Origin: an uncultured Chloroflexia bacterium
GTDB lineage: Bacteria > Chloroflexota > Limnocylindria > Limnocylindrales > CSP1-4
DNA: 64,000 bases
Direction of reading: 5' to 3'
Assembly (NCBI GenBank): GCA_963746845.1
Contig: CAVVCZ010000006.1
Location: 128,001-192,000 of the forward strand
The translations under genes were made by a program, and so were the position numbers. Under the pieces are notes generated by a model. The model saw only the letters and a list, made by a program, of their open reading frames with translations, searched no databases and was not told where the DNA came from. Of this stretch, positions 9,079 to 19,280 are shown in pieces (positions within the stretch are counted from its first letter, which is position 1; every line of letters starts with the position of its first letter).

Positions 9079-9738
9079 ATGGACGCACGCAAGTACCTCG
9101 CCGAGCTGATCGGGACCTTCATCCTGGTCGTCGTCGGTTCGATGTCGATCGTCGGCGCCGGGCTGGTGACGCCGCCGGCCCCGGTCCTCCTGGTCGCGCC
9201 CTTCGGGTTCGGGCTCGCCCTGCTCGCCGCCATCCAGGTGTCGGGCCACGTGTCGGGCGGACACTTCAACCCGGCGGTGACCCTCGGAGCGTTCCTCGAC
9301 AAGCGGATCGATCCGATGAACGCGCTCGGCTACGTCGTCGCCCAGGCGATCGGCGCGATCGCGGCGTCGGGCGTGATCCTGCTCCTGGCCGGACAACCCG
9401 CAGTCGTCAGCACGGCTAGCGCGTTTCCGGAAGGCAAGGCGATCGAGGCGCTGGTCGTCGAGGGGCTGCTGACCGCGATCTTCGTGATGGTGATCCTGAC
9501 GGTGACCAAACGCTCGCCGAACCAGGCCGCGTTCGCGATCCCGTTGACGCTCGTCGTCATTCACTTCGCCGGGATCCCGTTCAGTGGCGCGTCAGTGAAC
9601 CCGGTTCGATCGCTCGCCCCGGCTCTGGTCGGCGGGACCCTGGATGTGAACATCCTTGTCTGGATCGTCGGCCCGCTCGTCGGCGCGGCGATCGGCTGGG
9701 GGTTGTACCGCGCGCTGGAGGACGGCTCGACCCGCTGA
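9079..9738 (+). CDS. Aquaporin (MIP family)
   Basis: SGGHFNPAVT and SVNPVRS (second NPA is NPV); six TM segments; GGAGG RBS. Confidence 0.95.
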   Translation: MDARKYLAELIGTFILVVVGSMSIVGAGLVTPPAPVLLVAPFGFGLALLAAIQVSGHVSGGHFNPAVTLGAFLDKRIDPMNALGYVVAQAIGAIAASGVILLLAGQPAVVSTASAFPEGKAIEALVVEGLLTAIFVMVILTVTKRSPNQAAFAIPLTLVVIHFAGIPFSGASVNPVRSLAPALVGGTLDVNILVWIVGPLVGAAIGWGLYRALEDGSTR

Positions 9739-9769
9739 TCGCGGACCGCATCACAAGCCGCCTGGGTCG

Positions 9770-10330
9770 TCAGCGATCCGGGTGGCTGAACCGCCGGGCG
9801 TTGCCCATCGCGGGCCACGCCCGGGACTGCGCGTTCGCCAGCAGCTGGCGGATGTGGTTCCGGTCGTGGAAGACCCACTCGTGCATCAGGTTCTCGATCG
9901 TGACGCGTCCGACCGCGCTGTGGATCGCGAACCGCTCCAGGTCCTCCGCCCGCAGCCCCTCCACGACGGCGATGCCGGCGTCGCGCCCGGCGACGAACTC
10001 CTCGAGGATCGCCGCGACCGACCGCTCCCGGTCGCGGCGTGAGGCGGCGACCTCCAGCTGGTTCCAGCCCTGCTCGGCGACGCCGTCCTCGGCGAGGATC
10101 CGCCGGATCCGCCCGCCGAACCCGCGCCGGTCCGCCTCGATCAGGTGGCCGACGCATTCGTTGGCGGACCATTCGTCCGGCGTCGGACGCCACCGGGCGA
10201 TCGCATCGCCCATCACCGTGAGCTCGGAGACGACATGATCGCGCGCCGCCCGCAGGAACCTCGCGACCTCGAGCGGCGTGAGGGGTGCGAGGCCGTCGGT
10301 CGCGGTGACGTCGGCCGGGTCGAAGCCCAT
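9770..10330 (-). CDS. DinB-family protein
   Basis: WSANECVGHL and HDRNHIRQ His motifs; ATG overlaps the stop of the upstream ATPase gene; GGGAGG RBS. Confidence 0.85.
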   Translation of the reverse strand: MGFDPADVTATDGLAPLTPLEVARFLRAARDHVVSELTVMGDAIARWRPTPDEWSANECVGHLIEADRRGFGGRIRRILAEDGVAEQGWNQLEVAASRRDRERSVAAILEEFVAGRDAGIAVVEGLRAEDLERFAIHSAVGRVTIENLMHEWVFHDRNHIRQLLANAQSRAWPAMGNARRFSHPDR

Positions 10331-11421
10331 CAGGTCGTGTCCTCCCTCGAGACCACCGGGGGGAGCACCGGCAGGGACTTGCCGCCCTCGACGAGCCAGC
10401 ACGCGGCCTTCTGATCGGGGCCCACGTCGAACAGCGGCGGCTCCTCCACGCGACATCGGTCGAAGGCGTACGGGCAGCGCGGATGGAACCGGCAGCCGGT
10501 CGGGATGTGGACGGCATCCGGCGTCTCCCCGACGAGGATCGTCCGCCGGGCGCGCTCACCCCGGCTCGGCGGATCCGGCGAGGGCGACACGGAGACCAGG
10601 GCCTGGGTGTACGGGTTGTGGGGCGCCCGGATGACCGCCTCGGCCGGCCCGATCTCCATGATCTTGCCGAGGTACATCACCGCGATCCGGTCCGAGATGA
10701 CCCACGCCAGCGACAGATCGTGGGTGATGAAGAGATACGTCAGCCCGAGCTCCCGGCGCAGGTCGAGCATCAGCCGGAGGAGCTCCGTGCGGATCGAGAC
10801 GTCCAGCATCGAGACCGGCTCGTCGGCGACGATCAGCTCCGGCCGCATCACGAGCGCACCGGCGATGACGACCCGCTGGCGCTGGCCGCCGGACAGCTCG
10901 TGCGGGAAGCGATACGCGAAGTCGGCGGCGGGCCGCAGGCCCGACGCCTCCATCGCACCGAACGCCCGCGTGACCCGGTCTTCATGGTCGGTGCCGATGT
11001 CGTTGACCTCGAGCGGCTCCATGACGAAGTCGAGGATCTGCTGCTTGGGGTTCAGCGTCTCGTACGGGTCCTGGAAGATCAGCTGGACCCGCCGCCGATA
11101 CGCCCGGAGCGCCTTCGTCCCCCACAGGTCCGAGACGTCGGCTCCGTCGAAGACGAGCCGCCCCCCGGTGTGCCGGGTCAGCTTCACGATCACCCGCCCG
11201 GTCGTCGTCTTGCCGCTCCCGGACTCCCCGACCAGCGCGAGCACCTCGCCCCGGCGCAGCTCCAGGTCGATCCCGTCGACGGCCCGGACCCACGCCTTCG
11301 GGACACCCGAGAACGAGTCGAGGAAGCCGGTCCGGATCGCGAAGTGGACCTTCACGTTCTCGAGCCGGTAGAGGACGTCGGCGTCGGCCGCGTCGCGTGC
11401 GGTCACGTCGGTGTCGGTCAT
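10330..11421 (-). CDS. Oligopeptide/dipeptide ABC ATPase (OppF-like)
   Basis: GESGSGKTT, LSGGQRQR, DEPVS, C-terminal GCRFHPRC...C...AAC. Confidence 0.95.
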   Translation of the reverse strand: MTDTDVTARDAADADVLYRLENVKVHFAIRTGFLDSFSGVPKAWVRAVDGIDLELRRGEVLALVGESGSGKTTTGRVIVKLTRHTGGRLVFDGADVSDLWGTKALRAYRRRVQLIFQDPYETLNPKQQILDFVMEPLEVNDIGTDHEDRVTRAFGAMEASGLRPAADFAYRFPHELSGGQRQRVVIAGALVMRPELIVADEPVSMLDVSIRTELLRLMLDLRRELGLTYLFITHDLSLAWVISDRIAVMYLGKIMEIGPAEAVIRAPHNPYTQALVSVSPSPDPPSRGERARRTILVGETPDAVHIPTGCRFHPRCPYAFDRCRVEEPPLFDVGPDQKAACWLVEGGKSLPVLPPVVSREDTT

Positions 11422-12662
11422 GACGACGTGTCCCGGTACGGCGGGTCGATGAGCTCCTGCTGGTGGCCCGGCAGCATGTCGGTCAACCGTTGCTCGACGT
11501 GGTCGACCGCCCCGATCGGCGCCTCCTCGAGCGGCGCCTCGATGATCGGCTCACCCTCGGTCAACGCGTCGATCGTCGGCTGACGGATCGGCTCACCGGT
11601 CGAGCCCTCCGGGTACAGGTGGCAGGCAACCCGGACGCCGGCGAACACGGTCTCGGGCGGCACGACCTCCGAGCAGATCGCCATCGCCATCGCGCATCGC
11701 GGCGCGAACCGGCAGCCGGGCGGCGGCCTGCGCAGGTCCGGCGGCGACCCGGGGATGACGTCGAGCGTCCGGCGATCCGTCCGGATGTTCGGGAACGACG
11801 CGAGGAGCTTCTGGGTGTAGGGGTGCCGTGGCCGGACGAAGATCTCGGAGACCGGACCTTCCTCGGCGACCCGGCCCGCGTACATGATCAGGGCCCGGTC
11901 GCAGGTCTCGGCGATCACCGACAGGTCGTGGGTGATCAGGATCAGCGACAGTCCGAGCTTGTGCCGGAGGTCCTCGAGCAGCTCGAGGATCTGGGCCTGG
12001 ACCATGACGTCCAGCGCGGTGGTCGGCTCGTCGCCGATCACGACCGCCGGGTCGCAGGCCAGCGCCATCGCGATCATCGCCCGCTGGCGCATCCCGCCGG
12101 ACAGCTCGTGCGGATAGGCGCTGGCCCGCTTCTTCGGGATGCCGACCAGCTCGAGCAGCTCGCCCGCGCGCTTCCGGGCGGCCTTCTCGCTCACGCCGAG
12201 CCGCTCGGTCAGCGGCTCCACGAGCTGGTCGCCAAGACGCTGGACCGGGTTCAGCGCGTTCATCGCCCCCTGGAACACGATCGAGATCTCACGCCAGCGG
12301 TACCGGCGCATCGCATTCGCGTTCTTCGTGACCAGGTCGATCCCGAAGTACCGAACGGAGCCCCCGACGACGCTCGCGTTGGCGGGCAGCAGCCGGACGA
12401 GCGAGAGCGCCGTCGTCGTCTTGCCGCAGCCGGACTCGCCGGCGATCCCCAGCGCCTCGCCCTGCTCGAGGCGGAAGCTGACCCCGTCCACGGCGTGGAC
12501 CGTGGCGCCGTCCAGGCTGAAGTGGGTCTGCAGGTCCTCGACGACGAGCAGCGGCTGACTCGGGTCGGCCTGGCGCGGGAGGACCCGGCCGCGGGCGTCG
12601 CGCGGCAGCGCCGGGTCGGCGGATGGGGTCTCCGGTCCGGGTTCCGCGGATGGCGTCGTCAT
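11418..12662 (-). CDS. Oligopeptide/dipeptide ABC ATPase (OppD-like)
   Basis: [33 protein letters not shown]; start overlaps the permease stop. Confidence 0.95.
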   Translation of the reverse strand: MTTPSAEPGPETPSADPALPRDARGRVLPRQADPSQPLLVVEDLQTHFSLDGATVHAVDGVSFRLEQGEALGIAGESGCGKTTTALSLVRLLPANASVVGGSVRYFGIDLVTKNANAMRRYRWREISIVFQGAMNALNPVQRLGDQLVEPLTERLGVSEKAARKRAGELLELVGIPKKRASAYPHELSGGMRQRAMIAMALACDPAVVIGDEPTTALDVMVQAQILELLEDLRHKLGLSLILITHDLSVIAETCDRALIMYAGRVAEEGPVSEIFVRPRHPYTQKLLASFPNIRTDRRTLDVIPGSPPDLRRPPPGCRFAPRCAMAMAICSEVVPPETVFAGVRVACHLYPEGSTGEPIRQPTIDALTEGEPIIEAPLEEAPIGAVDHVEQRLTDMLPGHQQELIDPPYRDTSS

Positions 12663-13603
12663 CACCGGCCCCGGCGCTTCGGGTTCAGCAGGTCGTCGAG
12701 GGCGCTCCCCACCAGGGTGAAGGACAGAACGACGAGGACGATCCCGATGCCGGGCGGCATGAAGTACCACCAGGCGCCGAGCCCCGGCGCCCCCGCGGCC
12801 CGGGCGGACTCGAGGATCTGGCCCCACGACGGCTGGAACGGGTCGCCGAGCCCGACGAACGAGAGGGTGGTCTCGATCAGCACCGCGCCGGCGAAGGTGA
12901 GCACGGCGTTGGCGACGATCAGATTGATCGTGTTCGGCAGGATGTGGCGCCACATGATGTGCCGGCTGCCCGCCCCGATGACGCGGGCGCGATCGACGAA
13001 CGAGCGCTCCTTCAACGACAGCGTCTGCGACCGGATGATCCGGGCCGTCGACGACCAGCTGGTGATCCCGATGACGATGACGATGACGATCAGCGTCGTC
13101 CGGATCCCGAAGATCTCCGTCGTCGCCGACCCCACGAGGTCCCGGATGATCGGCGTCAGGATCAGGGCGAGGACGAACGTCGGCAGGACGAGGAAGAAGT
13201 CCGTGAACCGCATGAGGACGGAGTCGGACCAGCCGCCGAGGAACCCGGACACGACGCCGATGACCGCCCCGAGCGCGACCGTGACCGCCGTCGCGAGGAG
13301 CCCGAGGACCATCGACACGCGCGCCCCGTGGACCGTGAGGTTGAGCATGTCCCGCCCGAGCTCGTCCGTCCCCAGCCAGTGCGCGCTCGACGGCGGCTCG
13401 AGGCGGCCACCCGTCGCGGTGACGGCCGTCTGGAGCGGACCCACGAGGATCTGGGGGATCGCGGCCATGACGACGAAGACGAGCAGGATCAGGAGCCCGA
13501 TCAGGCCCTCCGGTCGCTTGAGCAGGCGTGCGAACAGGCTCCCGACCGAGGTGACCGACCGGAATCGACGGGCGCCCGGGCGCTGGATCGCCGTCGTCGT
13601 CAC
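12662..13603 (-). CDS. Oligopeptide ABC permease (OppC-like)
   Basis: HWLGTDELGRD, HILPN, ETTLSFVGLG, WW...PPG; GTGA overlap with oppB. Confidence 0.93.
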   Translation of the reverse strand: MTTTAIQRPGARRFRSVTSVGSLFARLLKRPEGLIGLLILLVFVVMAAIPQILVGPLQTAVTATGGRLEPPSSAHWLGTDELGRDMLNLTVHGARVSMVLGLLATAVTVALGAVIGVVSGFLGGWSDSVLMRFTDFFLVLPTFVLALILTPIIRDLVGSATTEIFGIRTTLIVIVIVIGITSWSSTARIIRSQTLSLKERSFVDRARVIGAGSRHIMWRHILPNTINLIVANAVLTFAGAVLIETTLSFVGLGDPFQPSWGQILESARAAGAPGLGAWWYFMPPGIGIVLVVLSFTLVGSALDDLLNPKRRGR

Positions 13604-14577
13604 GTCTTCACCCGCGGGTCCAGGAATCCGTAGATGAGGTCGGCGGCGAGGTTGGCGAGGACCACCGACACGCTGAGCAGCAGGAAGACTCCCTGGAGCA
13701 CCGGGTAGTCGCGGGCCTCGAGGGCTTCGACCGAGAGCGTCCCGAGCCCCGGCCAGCTGAACACGACCTCGACGGTGATCGCCCCCGCGACGACGAAGCC
13801 GAGGTTGATCGCGATCAGCGACACGGTCGGCAGGAGCGCGTTCGGCAGGGCGTGCCGCCGGAGGACTCGCCGCTCCGACAGGCCCATCGCCCGCGCGGTC
13901 GTGACGTAGTCCTCCGACAACGTCTCGACAATCGACGAGCGCATGACGATCGAGTACTGGCCGACCAGGCCGAGCGCGACCGTCAGCAGCGGGAGGACGA
14001 GGTGGGAGCCGAAGTCCGCGAGCTGCTCGAGGAAGTTGTCGTACTGGGCGCCGGCGGTGAGCATCCCGTAGGTCGGGAACCAGTGGAGGGTCGTGGCGAA
14101 GATCAGGAGGAACGCCATCCCGAGGAGGAAGTACGGGGTCGAGTAGAGAACGAGCGAGATGCTGTTGCCGATGTAGTCGACCGGGCCGCCGCGTTTCCAG
14201 CCCGAGTACGCGCCCAGGGTGAGACCGATGACGATCGCGATGACCTCGCCCAGACCGAACAGGATGATCGTCGGCCAGATCCGCTGGGACAGCACCTCGC
14301 CCACGGTCTGGCCGCGGGCGACGAACGAGAAGCCGAGATCGCCCCGGGCCGTCGCCGAGAGGTAGGCGACGAACTGGTCCGGAAAGAGCGGCTTGTCGAG
14401 GCCCCACCGCTCACGCGTCTGCTGGAGGATCTGCGCGGTCACGTTCGGCGTGTGACCGAGGATCACCCGCTCCGGCGATCCGGGCATCGCCCGGAACAGC
14501 AGGAAGTTGATCAGCGTGATCAGGATGATCGTCACGAACGCCGACGCCAGACGCCGGACGAGGTAGCGCAGGCTCAT
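13600..14577 (-). CDS. Oligopeptide ABC permease (OppB-like)
   Basis: MPGSP, GLDKPL, GDLGFS, EDYVTTARAMG, EVVFSWPGLG, RDYPVLQG, LDPRV. Confidence 0.95.
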   Translation of the reverse strand: MSLRYLVRRLASAFVTIILITLINFLLFRAMPGSPERVILGHTPNVTAQILQQTRERWGLDKPLFPDQFVAYLSATARGDLGFSFVARGQTVGEVLSQRIWPTIILFGLGEVIAIVIGLTLGAYSGWKRGGPVDYIGNSISLVLYSTPYFLLGMAFLLIFATTLHWFPTYGMLTAGAQYDNFLEQLADFGSHLVLPLLTVALGLVGQYSIVMRSSIVETLSEDYVTTARAMGLSERRVLRRHALPNALLPTVSLIAINLGFVVAGAITVEVVFSWPGLGTLSVEALEARDYPVLQGVFLLLSVSVVLANLAADLIYGFLDPRVKT

Positions 14578-14611
14578 CGGCGCCCCCGGCCGTCACCCGG
14601 ATCGCGTCGCA

Positions 14612-14639
14612 TCGGGGGGCGACGGTGGTCGCCCCCCGA
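14612..14639. terminator. 12-bp hairpin between oppA and oppB (mRNA stabiliser or attenuator)
   Basis: TCGGGGGGCGAC-ggtg-GTCGCCCCCCGA. Confidence 0.55.
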
Positions 14640-14683
14640 CCCAGACCGGTCGCCGGTGCCGAAGGGCACGCGACGGGCCGGGC

Positions 14684-16603
14684 TCACTCCTCCTCGGTGG
14701 TCCCCCGACGGCCGCGCATCAGGACGAGGCCGACGGCGATGATCGCGACGAGGGCCACGACCCCGAGGATCAGCGGCAGCATCGAGCTCGATGACGACGA
14801 AGCCGGGGTCTGGTCCGTCGGCGCGGACGCGCCCGGCGCTGCGCTCGACCCGCTCCCCGGCGCGGCTCCGGGCTGGGACGGAGCCGCGGACGGCGCGGCC
14901 TTGGCGTCGGTCAGGAGGTTGTACCCGCCCGACCCGTAGCCGAACAGCGGTGTCCCGTCCTGCGGCGGCTGGTTGACCCAACCCGCGAACTTGTCGGTCC
15001 GGTAGGCGTGGAGCTCGGCGTCGTAGTACAGGATGTGGTACGGAGCCTCGTCGTAGACGAGGTTCTGCATCTCGGCGAGGAGCGCCTTGCGCTTGACCGG
15101 GTCCGGCTCGGCGCGTTGCTGCTTGAACAGCTCGTCGTAGTGCGGGTTCGAGTAGTAGCTGTCGCTCGACGCCCCGATCTCACTCGTCTGGAAGAACTTC
15201 AGGAGCGAGTTCGGATCCGGGTCGCCGGTCCAGCCCCACATGTAGATGTCGTAGTTGGCCGGGCCGTCCGGTGGCCCGGTGACATCGGTGGTCAGCTTGC
15301 CTTCCTCGGTCACCGCGGCATTCACGGTGATGCCGAGCTCCCCGAACCACTGGACGAGGAACTGGGCGACGCTCGAGTCCTGGGCCTCGGAATCCGGCCA
15401 GGTCAGGCGCAGGATGATGACCTTGCCGTCCTTGTCGAGGAGCTTCCCGTCGGCGTTGAGCTTGTAGCCGGCCGCGTCGAGTCGGCGCTTCGCCTCCTCG
15501 ATGTCGAAGCGGCGCGGATGATCCGGCTCGACATGCCAGCGGCTCTGGTAGGGCGGGATGATCGTCGTTCCGACGGTCCCGTACCCACCCAGGGTGGAGT
15601 CGACCAGCTTCTGGTGGTCGATCGCGTAGCCCAGCGCGTCGCGGAACGCGACGTCGGACAGCGCCGACGTGGACCCGCCGTAGCCCTTCTTGTTGCCACC
15701 GGTGTTGAACGACAGCTCCGAGTACCCGTTGGCGACCCCGGCGACCGTCTGGATGTTCGGCTCGTTCTTCAGGGCGTTGAACTGGTCCGGCAGAACGTGC
15801 CTGACGTAGTCGAGCTCACCGGTCTTCAACGCCTGGACCATGGTGTCCGGGGCGGCGAACTGGGTGAGGATGATCTCGTCCTCGGCGCCCTTCTGGGTCC
15901 CCCAGTAGTTGGGGTTGCGGGCGAACCGGATGAACGAGCCGGGCTTCCACTCGACGGCCTGGTACGGGCCGGTCCCGACGACCGGCGGCTCGTTCTTGAA
16001 GAAGCCCGCGGCCTCCGGATCGCCGATCTGGGCGAGCGAGTACTTCGACCAGATGTGCTTCGGCAGGATCGGGACGTAGGCCTGCAGGATCACCGAGTTC
16101 GCGAAGTCCGTGGTGAGGACCAGGGTCTGCGGATCCGGCGCCTCGACCTTGCTCAGGCCGGCGTCGGACAGGTAGGCCTCCAGGTAGCCCTCGCCGAGGT
16201 AGCCACGCTCGGAGGCGATCCCGTCGAGGATCGTCTGGTACGTCCAGCGGGCGTCTTCCGACGTCGCGGGCTGGCCGTCCGACCACTTCAACCCGGGCTC
16301 GATCTTGAACGTCCACTGCTTGCCGTCCGCGGACTGGGTCCAGGATTGCGCGAAGCCCGGCACCGGCTCGATGCTCGGCCCGAAGTTCACGAGCAGGTCG
16401 TAGTTGAGGGTGAACACCTCGAAGTCGGCGACGGTGACCGACTCGAACGGGTTGAGGACCTGGAGCTTCTGATCGGTGCCGGCGCGCAGGACCAGGTCGC
16501 CGTCGGCGGCGCTCGTCGCCCCCGCGGCCGGCAACATCGTCGAGAGCAGCAGCGCGAGGGCCCCCGCCACCCGGGCGGCTCGGCCTCGCAGGGGCGTTCG
16601 CAT
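14684..16603 (-). CDS. Family-5 peptide-binding protein (OppA-like) with C-terminal membrane anchor
   Basis: KWSDGQPATSED, VGTGPY, RNPNYWG; signal peptide without lipobox Cys; Ser/Ala/Pro linker + TM helix + RGRRG. Confidence 0.93.
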   Translation of the reverse strand: MRTPLRGRAARVAGALALLLSTMLPAAGATSAADGDLVLRAGTDQKLQVLNPFESVTVADFEVFTLNYDLLVNFGPSIEPVPGFAQSWTQSADGKQWTFKIEPGLKWSDGQPATSEDARWTYQTILDGIASERGYLGEGYLEAYLSDAGLSKVEAPDPQTLVLTTDFANSVILQAYVPILPKHIWSKYSLAQIGDPEAAGFFKNEPPVVGTGPYQAVEWKPGSFIRFARNPNYWGTQKGAEDEIILTQFAAPDTMVQALKTGELDYVRHVLPDQFNALKNEPNIQTVAGVANGYSELSFNTGGNKKGYGGSTSALSDVAFRDALGYAIDHQKLVDSTLGGYGTVGTTIIPPYQSRWHVEPDHPRRFDIEEAKRRLDAAGYKLNADGKLLDKDGKVIILRLTWPDSEAQDSSVAQFLVQWFGELGITVNAAVTEEGKLTTDVTGPPDGPANYDIYMWGWTGDPDPNSLLKFFQTSEIGASSDSYYSNPHYDELFKQQRAEPDPVKRKALLAEMQNLVYDEAPYHILYYDAELHAYRTDKFAGWVNQPPQDGTPLFGYGSGGYNLLTDAKAAPSAAPSQPGAAPGSGSSAAPGASAPTDQTPASSSSSSMLPLILGVVALVAIIAVGLVLMRGRRGTTEEE

Positions 16604-16753
16604 GAAGGTTCTCCTCCTCGTCCGGCCCGCGCCCCGCGGCGTGAGTCCGTTGTCCGCGACCTCCTCCCGGCCGAAGTGCGCGGAAGGATGGCATGAGGTC
16701 CGAAGGGCTGCAAGCGTGAGCCCGTACCGCGCGCCACATCCTGTCCGCCGAGG

Positions 16754-17719
16754 TCAGTCGGAGGTCACGACCTCCTCGACGACGAGCGTGCCGGCGCCGG
16801 CGTCGAGCGTTGCCAGCGCCCCGAGCGGAACGGTCGCGTGGTGCTTGCCGTGGCCGATCGGGAGGCCGAACACGAGCGGCAGGCCGAACGGCTCGAAGAG
16901 CTCCTCGACGATGTCCTCGGCCGACAGATCGCCGATCCCGTCGCTCGGCGTCGTCCTGAGATCCCCGACGGCGATCCCGGCCGCGCCGTCGAGCAGCCCC
17001 GCGTTCCGGAGCTGGGTGAGGATCCCGTCGAGCACCTCCCCCTCCAGGTCGATCTCCTCGAGGACGACGATCCGGCCCCGCAAGTCCGGCTGGAGGCGCG
17101 TTCCGATGGCGCTGGAGAGCAGTCCGGCGCAGCCACCGGCGAGACGTCCGGTGACGCGCCCGCCGACGATCGTCCGGACATACGGGTCGTCCGGGTCCGG
17201 CCCGATCGGTCCGAGCGGCTCGTCGCTGAAGAGGGCGCGCCGGAGGTGCTCCTTGGAGAAGTCCGTGACATCGGTCGCCCCGATCCCGAGGGCGCCGTTG
17301 GCATAGAAGCTGATCACGTTCGCCCAGCGCTCCTGGGCCAGGTGGAGCGTCGTGATATCGCTGTAGCCGCACAGGATCTTCGGGTTGGCGGCGAAGCGCG
17401 GCTCGTCGAGGAGCGGGATCAGACGCGGCGTGCCGTAGCCGCCCTGGAGGCACATCACCGCCCGGACGTCGGGATCGGCGAGCGCGACGTGGAGATCCGC
17501 GACGCGGTCGACGTCGCTGCCGGCGAGGTAGCCGTGACGGTCGTTGACGTGTTCGCCGAGCCGGACCGTCAGGCCCCACGCCTCGAGGGCGGCGACCGCC
17601 CGGAGCAGGTCGCTCCGACTCTCCCACGGGCTCGCCGGGGCGACGATCGCGACCGTGTCGCCGGCCCGCAGGCGGCGCGGCTTCCGCGGCCCTTCGTCGT
17701 GGTGGGTCATCGCGACCAT
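16754..17719 (-). CDS. S66 peptidase (LD-carboxypeptidase/MccF family)
   Basis: IVAPAS, GGYG, GYSDIT (Ser), LEEI (Glu), IGHG (His). Confidence 0.92.
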   Translation of the reverse strand: MVAMTHHDEGPRKPRRLRAGDTVAIVAPASPWESRSDLLRAVAALEAWGLTVRLGEHVNDRHGYLAGSDVDRVADLHVALADPDVRAVMCLQGGYGTPRLIPLLDEPRFAANPKILCGYSDITTLHLAQERWANVISFYANGALGIGATDVTDFSKEHLRRALFSDEPLGPIGPDPDDPYVRTIVGGRVTGRLAGGCAGLLSSAIGTRLQPDLRGRIVVLEEIDLEGEVLDGILTQLRNAGLLDGAAGIAVGDLRTTPSDGIGDLSAEDIVEELFEPFGLPLVFGLPIGHGKHHATVPLGALATLDAGAGTLVVEEVVTSD

Positions 17720-17726
17720 CTCGACA

Positions 17727-18905
17727 TCAGACGAGGAAGCTCGTCGTGGGATCGGCCTCGAGGAGGATCGGCCGGTCGATCCGGAAGCGCTCGATCTCGC
17801 CGGCGGACGGGGTCGAGCCGTCGACGACGAGCTCCGACAGGATCCGTCCGAGGACCGACGCGAACTTGTACGCGTGCGCGGCGCCGAGCGCGACGACGAC
17901 GCCCGGGTGATCGGGCAGCCGGTCGACGACGAAGTCGCGATCCGGGGTCAGGGTGTAGAGGCAGGTCTTCGTGAGGATCTCCGGTCCGAGCTGTTCCGGC
18001 AGGTGCCGGCCGAGGAAGCCCGTCAGCCGGGCGAAGCCGATCTCGTTCCGATCGTACGTCCGGGTCGCGGGCGTGACCTCGTCGCCGCCGACGTCCTCGG
18101 CCGATTTCGGGCCCGCCTCGCCGTACGTCGGGAAGCCGTAGAACGACGGGTCGTCCATCCAGATCCAGATCGGGAAGCGATCGGGCGCGAACCGAGCCGG
18201 ATCGGGCGAGGCGAACCAGGTGACCTGGGCCTGGATGATCGTCAGCGGCAGACGGCGGTCGAACGGCGCGAGCAGGTCGTTCGTCCACGCGTCCGCCGCC
18301 AGGACGACCTGTCGCGCGTGATGGACCGTCCCGTCGTCGAGGGCCGCCTCGGTCGTGCCGTCGGCACGCGGCCGCAGCCCGCTCACGCGGACGCCCTCGC
18401 GGAGCGTCGCGCCGTGGGCGACGGCGAGGCGTTGGTGGGCGGCGTTCCCGCGGTTCGGGTCGGCGATCCCGGCGTCGGCCTGGAACAGACCGTGATGCTC
18501 GTCCCCGAGGCGCCATTGGGGCCAGCGACGGACGATCTCCGGCCCGTCGAGGTGCTCGAACTGGACGCCCTCGGCGGTCATCGCGTCGACGTAGTCGCCG
18601 AGCGGGATCGCCGCCTCGCGCGGTCCGATGTCCAGGCCGCCGGTCCGTGTCACGATCGTCGCGCCGCTCTCCGCCTCGACGTCCGTCCACGAGGCGTAGG
18701 CGCGCCGCGCGAGCCGGACGTAGTCCGGGCGGTGGTACGAGAGCCTGATGATCCGGCTGTGGTCCTGGCCCGCGCCGCGGGAATGCCCGAGCTCGAACTG
18801 CTCCAGGCCCAGGACGCGGTCGCCGAGCCGACGGCTCAGCCAGTACGCCGCGCCGGAGCCGATGGCGCCCAGCCCCACGACGATCGCGTCCCACTCGTTC
18901 CGCAC
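17727..18905 (-). CDS. Monomeric sarcosine / N-methyltryptophan oxidase-like flavoenzyme (SolA family)
   Basis: VGLGAIG, EQFELGH, SRIIR, CLYTLTPD (FAD-attachment Cys), HAYKFA. Confidence 0.9.
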   Translation of the reverse strand: MRNEWDAIVVGLGAIGSGAAYWLSRRLGDRVLGLEQFELGHSRGAGQDHSRIIRLSYHRPDYVRLARRAYASWTDVEAESGATIVTRTGGLDIGPREAAIPLGDYVDAMTAEGVQFEHLDGPEIVRRWPQWRLGDEHHGLFQADAGIADPNRGNAAHQRLAVAHGATLREGVRVSGLRPRADGTTEAALDDGTVHHARQVVLAADAWTNDLLAPFDRRLPLTIIQAQVTWFASPDPARFAPDRFPIWIWMDDPSFYGFPTYGEAGPKSAEDVGGDEVTPATRTYDRNEIGFARLTGFLGRHLPEQLGPEILTKTCLYTLTPDRDFVVDRLPDHPGVVVALGAAHAYKFASVLGRILSELVVDGSTPSAGEIERFRIDRPILLEADPTTSFLV

Positions 18906-18963
18906 CCGCCGATCCTACCCGGGCCGGATGCCCGCTCCGGCGTGCGGTCCCGGTCGCCGAGGA

Positions 18964-18992
18964 TTGACGTGCGCACAGGTGTGTGCCATCGT
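18964..18992 (+). promoter_or_regulatory. sigma70-type promoter of vapBC with internal palindromic operator
   Basis: TTGACG-17 nt-CATCGT, ATG 6 nt downstream; GCACA-ggtg-TGTGC at 18973-18986. Confidence 0.65.
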
Positions 18993-18998
18993 CTGCGC

Positions 18999-19280
18999 AT
19001 GAACGTGCGCACGAACCTGCTCCTGCCGAAGGAGCTCCTCGACGAGGTCGACAGGTTCGCCGGCGAACGCGGACGGAGCCGCTACGTCGCCGAAGCCCTC
19101 CGGGTGAAGCTGAAACGCGACCGGTTCCGGGAGATGATCGAGCGCACAGCGGGCGTCCTGAGCTCGGAGGACTACCCGGAGTGGGCCACCTCCGAGCAGG
19201 TCGTGGAGTGGGTTCGGGCGCGTCGACGCGAAGTCACCGACACCGTCGGGATCGACACGGATGAGGAGGCTCACGGGTGA
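18999..19280 (+). CDS. RHH-type antitoxin (VapB-like)
   Basis: MNVRTNLLLPKELLDEVDRFAGERGRSRYVAEAL ribbon-helix-helix; DYPEW..WVR; GTGA overlap with the PIN gene. Confidence 0.85.
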   Translation: MNVRTNLLLPKELLDEVDRFAGERGRSRYVAEALRVKLKRDRFREMIERTAGVLSSEDYPEWATSEQVVEWVRARRREVTDTVGIDTDEEAHG

